Below, in pieces: positions 1-9,197 of a stretch of 20,172 nucleotides of DNA. The translations under genes and the position numbers were made by a program. Below the pieces are notes generated by a model, which saw only the letters and a list, made by a program, of their open reading frames with translations, had not been told where the DNA came from and did not search any database. Source of the DNA: Ginkgo biloba (taxonomy: Eukaryota > Plantae > Ginkgophyta); assembly GCA_024626585.2 (NCBI GenBank), contig JANKJI020000004.1, positions 122,747,519 to 122,767,690 on the forward strand, written 5' to 3'. How positions within the stretch are numbered: the first letter of the stretch is position 1; each line of letters opens with the position of its first letter.

Positions 1-477
1 GCATTGAAGTTTTCAAATTTAAATCTAATTGTATGTATTTAGTTATTGTTTAAATATTGTACTAGAGATTAATTGCATATTTATTTGAGTATGTAATATC
101 AAAACCATTTCATACTTAAAAAATTATGCATTAAAGCTGCATCTGATTTCAAAATAAAAAAAAATGTAAAATTCACAATCTCGTCTCCATTGCTGCGAAT
201 AAGAATAAAGTGAAGATACGTTGATGCTGAGTTTAAATGAATAAATGAATAGTGGATACAGAATAGTAGAAAGCAAAGACAAATAAATAAATAATGGATA
301 AAGAATACGTGGGGAAGAAGTTATGTAGTAGCGGTCCATAAATTAGTCTATGACGCCCCTAGGGTTTGGTGCAACAGTCACAATTTTGGGTTGGTATCCA
401 TTGGACTAAAGTTTTATTCTTTTGATTTATAATTTTGAATAGTGGAGGTCACGTGGGTAATATGGGTAGGTTGGTAT
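1..477. repeat. Copy A of a tandem duplication (unit 742 bp; alignable part 1-477 = 743-1236)
   Basis: Starts gcattgaagttttcaaatttaaat, which recurs at 743, and aligns continuously through ggaggtcacgtggg..aatatggg. There are 5 mismatches in the first 60 nt (about 92%). Confidence 0.97.
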
Positions 478-742
478 TTGAGTTTGCACCTTTTGCATCG
501 AAATTGATTGATTTAGCGATACCCCATGTACTAAAAAAGAAATTAAAAAAACAAACAAACTAGTGTAAGAGGGTTAGAATCCTCCTCCTATTAAAAATGA
601 ATAGATAGGCAAGTGGTATTTAAAAAATGATTCATATGATGTTCTTTTTTCTTTTGATAAGAAAAATTTTTAGTCTTTTTATTTGAAAGATAATTTTGTT
701 TTTTAATCGTGTTCTATAATGAGGAAAATAGCCTCTAAAAAG

Positions 743-1236
743 GCATTGAAGTTTTCAAATTTAAATCCAATTGTATTTATTTAGTTATTGCTAAAATGTT
801 GTACTAGAGATTAATTGCATATTTATTTGAGTATGTACATGAAATAATCTTTTGAATATTAAAACCATTTTATACTTAAAAAATTGTGCATTAAAGCTGC
901 ATTTGATTTCAAAATTAAAAAAGAAGTAAAATTCACAATCTCGTCTCCATTGTTGCGAATAAGAATAAAGTGAAGATACGTTGATGTTGAGTTTAAATGA
1001 ATAAATGAATAGTAGATACAGAATAGTGGAAGGCAAAGACAAATAAATGAATAATGGATACGGAATACGTGGGGAAGAAGTTATGTAGTAGTGGTCCTTA
1101 AATTAGTGTATGACGCCCCTAGGGTTTGGTGCAACGGTCACAATTTGGGTTGCTATCCATTGGACTGAAGTTTTATTCTTTTGATTTATCATTTTGAATA
1201 GTGGAGGTCACGTGGGGAATATGGGCAGGTTTGTAT
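743..1236. repeat. Copy B of the tandem duplication, truncated by a 100-N gap
   Basis: Direct alignment to 1-477. It carries an extra ~18-nt block (catgaaataatcttttga, ~838-855) absent from copy A. Confidence 0.97.
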
Positions 1237-1999
1237 NNNNNNNNNNNNNNNNNNNNNNNNNNNNNNNNNNNNNNNNNNNNNNNNNNNNNNNNNNNNNNNN
1301 NNNNNNNNNNNNNNNNNNNNNNNNNNNNNNNNNNNNTAAGTAATGAACGAATTTGGTATGTAAACATATCAAACAAAAGGATAATATAACACCAAAAATA
1401 TGTTAGCCTATATTTATAATGTTATCTAGTTATATGATAGGCACACATGAAAATATATAATGTAAATTGCTAGTTTGAGATAATTTGAAAGATGGAATGG
1501 CATATCAACACTTGTGTGAATATATGACAATGTGAGTGCAGTAGTGATTAGGATTCTAATATATGTGCAGATGTATGTGGCAGAAATATGAACAATGTTT
1601 GATATATGATAAGAGATTGCATTAGGGGTAAGTAGTAACATGTGGGTATCATTGTCTATGCAATGCTTGAATCATTAAGAGGTGTTTCTTTACTCTAGGG
1701 GGATGGTGAGGGTGGGCACAAGGGCATCTATGATAATTGAATAGAAAAGATAAGTGATGGGTGTTGAATGTAGGAATGCTAGTAGTTGACTTGACATGCT
1801 GTGACGATAACACTTGAGTAGGAGTCTCTACTTTTATGTCAATAAGGCTAAAACCAAACCAATTCTTAAACCACTTATAAAGTTATGTTGACGTGGTTTT
1901 TATGAGCAAGATCTACATTTAATCTACTTGTAGAAGTTGCAAGTATCACTATCACACATTTTCTATAACACTGAACTCTAATAGATAATGCTTTGAAAG

Positions 2000-2115
2000 T
2001 GGTTGGAGTCAAAATCACTTGAATCTCTCCATTTATAATTTTTACGCATGGCATTGAACCTATCATATGTCTTAAAAATGGGGGACAAACTTTTGTGGAT
2101 GATGACATGCTTTGT
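2000..2115 (+). mobile_element. Possible LINE (non-LTR) reverse transcriptase fragment, decayed and internally deleted
   Basis: A single frame from 2005 reads GVKIT*ISPFIIFTHGIEPIICLKNGGQTFVDDDML. This resembles the LINE RT motifs GVRQGCPISP..F....EPL and FADD (FVDD at 2092-2103), but the spacing is shorter than canonical. Confidence 0.4.
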
Positions 2116-2169
2116 GCTACGGCAAGGAAAATAAATTCCTTGAGAAACATAAGGACATATGGATAGATA

Positions 2170-2196
2170 ACACACGCGCACGCACACACACACACA
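2170..2196. repeat. Imperfect (CA)n/(CG) microsatellite
   Basis: acacacgcgcacgcacacacacacaca read directly. Confidence 0.9.
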
Positions 2197-2219
2197 AGTG
2201 GAGAATGACACGACCTAAA

Positions 2220-3690
2220 GAAAATTGCATCCATTCTTCATATACATGGTCGCTTATCATGTTCCTTAACGCATCAAGCTTTTGACCATGGTAGGCAAGT
2301 TGCATCTTGTTCCTACGGGGTGATAAAATTTCCAACNNNNNNNNNNNNNNNNNNNNNNNNNNNNNNNNNNNNNNNNNNNNNNNNNNNNNNNNNNNNNNNN
2401 NNNNNNNNNNNNNNNNNNNNNNNNNNNNNNNNNNNNNNNNNNNNNNNNNNNNNNNNNNNNNNNNNNNNNNNNNNNNNNNNNNNNNNNNNNNNNNNNNNNN
2501 NNNNNNNNNNNNNNNNNNNNNNNNNNNNNNNNNNNNNNNNNNNNNNNNNNNNNNNNNNNNNNNNNNNNNNNNNNNNNNNNNNNNNNNNNNNNNNNNNNNN
2601 NNNNNNNNNNNNNNNNNNNNNNNNNNNNNNNNNNNNNNNNNNNNNNNNNNNNNNNNNNNNNNNNNNNNNNNNNNNNNNNNNNNNNNNNNNNNNNNNNNNN
2701 NNNNNNNNNNNNNNNNNNNNNNNNNNNNNNNNNNNNNNNNNNNNNNNNNNNNNNNNNNNNNNNNNNNNNNNNNNNNNNNNNNNNNNNNNNNNNNNNNNNN
2801 NNNNNNNNNNNNNNNNNNNNNNNNNNNTGTGGATTTAGACGAGTGTATCTGTTTATTTATTTGTTAATGCAATTGCCTTGCTTGCATACCTAGTAATCAA
2901 ATTTTGTAAGGACGATGTCACCCCACACCGTTGGAGGAACTTCCAAGGTTGAAGCTTAGGGCACTAGAATCTTCCCCTACTTTTCAATGCATGCTCTTAT
3001 AATTGCCTTAATAAAGTCAAGTCGAATAAGTCCACAAAAGAGTGCATCTTGGAGTTGATTCTGTGACTATAAAATTCTCATATCATATCATAAGGTGTTG
3101 TAAGCATTTTGTGTATTCAATCAATATTTATTTTTTTGCGTAAATAAAAGAATTTGGTGCCATTAATGATGCCCATAAACATATGTTATACAAACAAACA
3201 AATGTACTTATTAATCTTTGGCTTATTTAGTCAGTAAACTAGTTTGTTGCCATGGCAAATAATTGCCACATGTATGGCTGGTCGGACATGGTTTTCATTT
3301 TTATTTTTTTATAACAAGCCATTCATTAATGTGATGGGACTTGAATTGAAAAATAATAAATTTATTAAGGAAGTTGATTTTGTTAACTTTATTGTCATCA
3401 TATTACAAATTCCCATCTTCCCAAATTATCTTGACTTTTTCTAATTTGTTTATTTTAAGCCACTATCCTTTAGTAAACTAAATTGACTCCATACTCCATT
3501 TCATTGCATTATGAACTACCATCCCTTTGTTGCATCCACAACTTAGATGGCTAGACACACATCCAATTATAAATTATACCCACTATATGTGCGCTTGAAT
3601 TTCGTCCTTAGTTTGAGGGTCATAACTTGGAATAATTGCAATAAACTTATATTTAAAATCTAGAAGATATATGTAGAAAAAAAGTTTGGA
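2220..3690 (+). repeat. Copy A of a diverged long direct repeat (partner 14190-15290); contains a 491-N gap
   Basis: Colinear shared blocks include cgcatcaag, tgataaaatttcca (~2321/14289), aaggtgttgt..gcattttgtgtattc, ccattaatgatgcccataaacat (~3160/14889), ttaagccactatc and tgactccatactccattt (~3484/15083). Confidence 0.92.
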
Positions 3691-4562
3691 TGAAATGATG
3701 TAGGGAAACATCAACATACTTAATAAAATGAAGGAATTTTATGAGGTAGATACTTCATAAATAGAGAGTTGGGATACTAATANNNNNNNNNNNNNNNNNN
3801 NNNNNNNAGTATACAAGATTTTTTTTTTTTTTTTTGAAGAATATTAGAATACACAATGTGTAGTGGTAGAAAATAGGGTATAGATGATAAAGTAAGCAAC
3901 GCAATTATGACTAAAGAAAATAGAATTGACAAAATGGATGGATAGGATTTGAATTAAATATTTTAATAATTATGAAACTAATTGAGAGAATTATTTGAAG
4001 ACTTTGGATGATATTCCAAAAGTCCTCAAAATAAACAAACAAAGCTTGAAGAGGAAGCTCTAATAGCATAGTTGGATAGAGTTTACATCTAAAGAAAATA
4101 TTTGGATGTAAAAGGGGATGAAATAACTAAACATATAAATCAAGTGGATCATGCAGAAGAAGCTATAAGTATTTTTAATAATGATACAACTAGATATTCG
4201 ATGAAAGTTTACTTTTTATCAAAGAGGAAAAATCAGAGAAAAAACTAGAATATATTAAAAAGAAATCACTAGAAGATAAGAAGAAGCACTAGAAAGAATT
4301 AGATTAGGACAATGAATTGGCACTAGAAGATGTGGATCGACTGATTTTGGATCCATGAAAGATTGAATGTTCTATAAATGCATTGGAAGAAGATATGTGA
4401 TATAAAATTGGAATAATTAAGGAATTAATGAGATTAATTAATTTTACAAAGATGGATATTGTNNNNNNNNNNNNNNNNNNNNNNNNNNNNNNNNNNNNNN
4501 NNNNNNNNNNNNNNNNNNNNNNNNNNNNNNNNNNNNNNNNNNNNNNNNNNNNNNNNNNNNNN

Positions 4563-5560
4563 AACCATGGAATACTTTGAGGTATCAATCTATATCTCAA
4601 AAGGAAAATAAAACTTATGAAGTACCATAACTAGAAATTTATAATGGACATATTTGAATCAATAAAATGCATCTTGATGAAACTGCGAATACTAAAATAA
4701 AATGACCCTCTTTGTTATACCATGCAAAGGAAAGTTTATCTTTGAGTATTCCTAAATGGACTTATAGAATTTAAGCAAGTGAAAAATGACCCTTTACTCA
4801 ATTATACTAGACAATATTTCAAAATCTAAACCTTGAGAGAGTCCCCTCTTACCCTTTACTTATCAATAATAAATCATAAATAAGTAATCTCAACCTGGAT
4901 AAAATAACATTTTCCTAAGTGGACATGAAAATAATGATTTCACAATTAGTCCAAAAATGAATGGACATGCTGAAGGTTCTCCAACTATAAATGACTAAAA
5001 ATTATAATGTCATCCAAATACACTACAATATTACATCCAAAAATGGGTTAAGGATAATATTTATGATCCTATAAATGTAAATGGTACACTAATAAGGGAA
5101 AATGGTATCACCATCCACTAATACAACTTGAATTGTATTTTGAAGATGATTCTCCATATGTCCTCTATTTTAACTAATTATAGTTTGATTTGGGNNNNNN
5201 NNNNNNNNNNNNNNNNNNNNNNNNNNNACCCTATAACTAATCAATCAAATCATCAATATTCGATAAAGTATGTTTAATTTTCATGATGATTTTATTTAAT
5301 CAATCAAATCATCAAAGCATGAATTCCATGTCCCATCCTTATATGAGATCAATAGCACTAGGGAGCTACATGAAGATGAATTGGGTTGAATATATACCTT
5401 TATTATCAAATCCTCTAACTATCTCTTAAGCTTAAGATAATCAATGATGGAGGTCTTAGATATTTTCCCATTTGACATATTATAACCTATTACAAGGTTG
5501 GTGTTGTAGTCAAACTGTCTCTATGGTGGGTTCCCCATAGGTTCTAAAATGATATATGAA
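4563..5560 (-). mobile_element. Decayed Ty3/gypsy pol (RT and start of RNase H), chromovirus-type
   Basis: Minus-strand translation gives, in order: EPMGNPP*RQFDY (EP.GLPP.R..DH); LKR*LEDLIIKG/IQPNSSSCSSLVLLISYKDGTW (PS.SPCGSPVLLV.KKDGTW); LNKI..IDDLID*L*G; EDIWRIIFK..LY*WMVIPFSLISVPFTF (EDIWKTAFKT..LYEWLVMPFGLTNAPATF); VVYLDDIIIFS (YLDD 5020-5009); KCYFIQVEITYL; PFEI*IDTSKYSM (PFEIETDAS). Confidence 0.93.
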
Positions 5561-8167
5561 TAATATACTAATAGTTTTTCCATATTTGGTGGTATACTTC
5601 TTTAAAATCTTGAATTTTACACAATGATTTTCAATTTTCTCACTGTATTCCTTCTTATTCATATGAATTCANNNNNNNNNNNNNNNNNNNNNNNNNNNNN
5701 NNNNNNNNNNNNNNNNNNNNNNNNNNNNNNNNNNNNNNNNNNNNNNNNNNNNNNNNNNNNNNNNNNNNNNNATCTACCTTATTTACTACTTTACATGAGT
5801 TATAGTCACCCTTATAAACATGGGATTACTAGTTGTACTTTACATAATTAACATAATAACACATAGTTATATATATTAATTTAGGTAAATAATGTGCCAT
5901 CCACTCTTAAGATGATTTTCCCTCAAAACATAGGTCTCCATTATTTACTTGAGATTCCACATATATAAGTCCTTAATTTAGGATCTAANNNNNNNNNNNN
6001 NNNNNNNNNNNNNNNNNNNNNNNNNNNNNNNNNNNNNNNNNNNNNNNNNNNNNNNNNNNNNNNNNNATGTGTACTTTTATCTTTATGTCTTCTGATGTTT
6101 GTCATATTATAAGTTTCTTAAATCTCAAACTCTTCATTAGTTTCATTCTCTTCATGAGGGTAAGTTAATAATCCAATTATGTACATGCATAGTCTCACCA
6201 TTCCACTTCTTGATAATGACTTGGGTATCTATATGTTTATACTTTCTTGTCTTTAATTTCTTCTTTGGTAGTGGTTGATGTTATAAAATGAATATCCTGC
6301 ACTTATTTATGATTATTTAATTACACTTGGATGGATTATTGACATTGCATATAATCATGTGGTCTTCATATTTCAACACTTCTCAATATTATATGGAATA
6401 GAATTTTTCCTTATCATGTTCTTTGTATTTTATCTCTTCTCGATTTGATATAACATGTATCATTAGATCATTTTATATTAAATGTGTTGATATAAGAGCT
6501 TCATTAGAAGTCCTTCCTATCATCCAAAATATTTTATATTGTATATTAACTAGGTCATATTTCATCATAACAATTTTTTATTCAATAAATTCATTTTTAT
6601 TAGCTTATTATACTTCCTTATCTTCTTTAGGCACACTAGGTATCTTCTTCTTTTTCATCATTAAATAATCATTCATTGGCTTTTTTGTATTCCTTATTAC
6701 ATTCTTCTTCAACCTTGTTATCTTATTCTTCTTCTTCTCCATTGACCTTTTCCTCCTCTTAATTGTTTCTTAATTTTGTATCTATTTTAAATTCCATTAA
6801 ATAATTTATATTTTGAAATATTTTTCCTAATTATTCTTATCATTTGTCTTACCATTCTCTTCTTTCTACTTTAAATTTTTCTTTTTACATTCTCATTGTT
6901 ACTAACCGATTTATGTAAAGTATGATCCCAACTTATTTATAGTATCATAAGTATATCCCAAGTTTGATTGATNNNNNNNNNNNNNNNNNNNNNNNNNNNN
7001 NNNNNNNNNNNNNNNNNNNNNNNNNNNNNNNNNNNNNNNNNNNNNNNNNNNNNNNNNNNNNNNNNNNNNNNNGTCTGGGTGTTGAAAAAGAGGATTCGCC
7101 CCTTTTTCCATGTGACCGTGAAGGGTGCTAACTATTTTTAAATTACCACATTTCAAATAATTGTCCAATTCAATTAAATTTAATGTGACATTTGAAACAT
7201 TAAAAAAGGTTCGATTTTTTTTAATTTTGTCCATCCCGCACATCAATTTGGCTTCAAATGCAGAGAAATTATCGTGATTTAGCGCTTCGAGTAGGAATTT
7301 TTGGCATTTTCCTGGTTGGATCCACTTCGGCAATCTTGGCATCCTTCTATGAGCTCATTCAATAAACCCACGACCCTACACGACTTCACTCAACTCGATA
7401 TCTACCTACAATAATGTCTCATAGATTCTAACTGTACCAGCTACCTATAATATCACCCGAAGGTGCACTTGGAATATTAATTGAAGACACACAACATTTA
7501 CGTAAGCTCCTAATATCTCTTACAACTTGAAACATCACTTCTAAGCTTTAGGGAAGACTTTTGTGAGGGATTTTATGGTTATTTTTACTCGCGACCTTAC
7601 TTTGACCCATAGCTTATTTGACGTCCTCTCACAAACCTGCCTCCCACATACTCCAAACCTACCACCTTCAAAGTAACCTCAAATCCCTATGACTGCAAGC
7701 GATCAATGGTGTCATAGTATATACCTTCCACCCATGGTTTATTCAACTCCCATGACCCTATAAATGTTGTAATTACTCCATAATATGTGCTCTCACCACT
7801 GTGGTGTCCCACATAGCCAATACATCTTACCAAGTTTTTAACAAGAAATCTACACAACCATCAAACACCATAGAATTATAATTACTTCATAGTCTTTCAT
7901 ACGATCTCCTCACGTACAAGAATTCTCTAGACACCACGTATAACAAACATGTATCAAACTTATCCATGTTCAAACATTCAAGAATTCTTCGCAGAACCCA
8001 TGTACAAACATGTCTCAACAGGCTGGATTCTTTCACAACTTGAAACCATATACAAAATCACATGGGATAATAATTTTTACACACTGAACAATAAATTCCA
8101 AACCAAAATCACTCCAAATTTGTAAACACAATGAACCAACCCCATTATAGGATAAGGATAACCCTTA

Positions 8168-8179
8168 GCTCTGATACCA
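8168..8179 (-). promoter_or_regulatory. LTR-retrotransposon primer-binding site complementary to the 3' end of initiator tRNA-Met
   Basis: The plus strand gctctgatacca reads TGGTATCAGAGC on minus, an exact canonical plant iMet PBS. It is preceded on minus by ...TGTTTCA-TATT, with the CA at 8185-8184 as the likely LTR end. Confidence 0.88.
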
Positions 8180-8183
8180 AATA

Positions 8184-8743
8184 TGAAACAAAATGTCAAA
8201 ATTAGTTTAACACTAACAAAATGGAACATAGACACAANNNNNNNNNNNNNNNNNNNNNNNNNNNNNNNNNNNNNNNNNNNNNNNNNNNNNNNNNNNNNNN
8301 NNNNNNNNNNNNNNNNNNNNNNNNNNNNNNNNNNNNNTAGGGGTTAAAGAAAGCAAATGTGGAAATATAGTGTTAAGAGAGATTGTGAGCTTAGAATATA
8401 TGAGCTTGTGATAAGTGTCCAAATCTCATAGCCTTGGATCCTGCCCAATATAACAGAGACACAAAATCACCTCCAAAGGCTATGAGGCCAAATTACTCAA
8501 GATTATGGCACGCATTTGGATCTTCTAGACCCACAAATGAGTGTAATATAATAATAAGAAAAAATAATCTCAAAAGGGGTCACAATCCAGAATGCATGAG
8601 ATTATTCCATGTGTCCAAATATCATGCACTTGTAGATCCACAGAAGTAGTGGATAAAGGATATGGTGTGGATAACAGTGATGGACTAAAAAATGATGGGA
8701 ATACACCACATGGTAAACATTCATGACATTTCCTTCCATGACA
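8184..8743 (-). mobile_element. Putative LTR upstream of the PBS (spans a 100-N gap)
   Basis: The 3' end is defined by CA plus the PBS. Candidate TGTCA starts lie at 8743 and 8728 on minus. No partner LTR is visible in the window, so the outer boundary is inferred. Confidence 0.5.
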
Positions 8744-8762
8744 GTTGAAGTCATTAGGGAGA

Positions 8763-9197
8763 CTACTGGCCTTCCAAATTCTGGGAAGAGTAACTATAAA
8801 AGGAAAAAAAATCTAGTGTTTTGGGGTTCAATTTTCCTAGTTCAGTTTGACAGTACAACCATTCTTCTATTTTGAGTTCTTGGTGTAGTGGTGCTCTGAG
8901 TTGAGCACATTTGAAGGCAAAGGATAATTCTTCCTGAGAGGGTGTTAATAACTTCAAATGGTATTCTCTTATGAGTTTCTTCTCCTCATACCAGGAAGAA
9001 GCTTGCAAATTATCTAGGTATTTCCCTATGATTTAGGTCATGTACCAAGCACTTGTGTCTACATCATCATATGTAAGTGGATTCATGCACTCTAATTTTT
9101 AAGTCTCTCTCATGAGATAATAAGATCTGTAATTATGTGGACTGTGACTCCACTATTTTAATTATAATTCCAAGTATCTTTATTACCAAAAATTATG
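8763..9197 (-). pseudogene. Decayed ORF remnant of unknown family, probably element-encoded
   Basis: The 81-aa track ORF extends upstream in the same frame to the gap as FW**RYLEL*LK*WSHSPHNYRSYYLMRET*KLECMNPLTYDDVDTSAWYMT*IIGKYLDNLQASSWYEEKKL. All the stops are TAA/TAG, compatible with decay of CAA/CAG codons. I recognise no motif. Confidence 0.35.

Noticed and set aside
359-367. Telomere-like ctagggttt (also 1119-1127)
   Set aside because: These are single units rather than an array, so this is not an interstitial telomere; kept only as a telo-box-like motif.
124-1042. Two similar minus ORFs (124-339, 791-1042) suggesting a small paralogous gene pair
   Set aside because: The similarity is a by-product of the DNA duplication. 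The peptides are low-complexity and F/Y/I/S-rich, and the starts and stops differ.
1160-1170. TTGGACTGAAG equals the first 11 nt of miR319
   Set aside because: The match stops there (no GGAGCTCC), there is no star arm or hairpin, and the other copy reads ttggactaaag.
1875-2234. 119-aa minus ORF with CVCACAC
   Set aside because: The Cys pattern comes from the (CA)n microsatellite, and the opposite strand has the better LINE-like signal.
6911-7342. 143-aa minus ORF as a real CDS
   Set aside because: It spans a 100-N gap and shows no recognisable domain or splice context.
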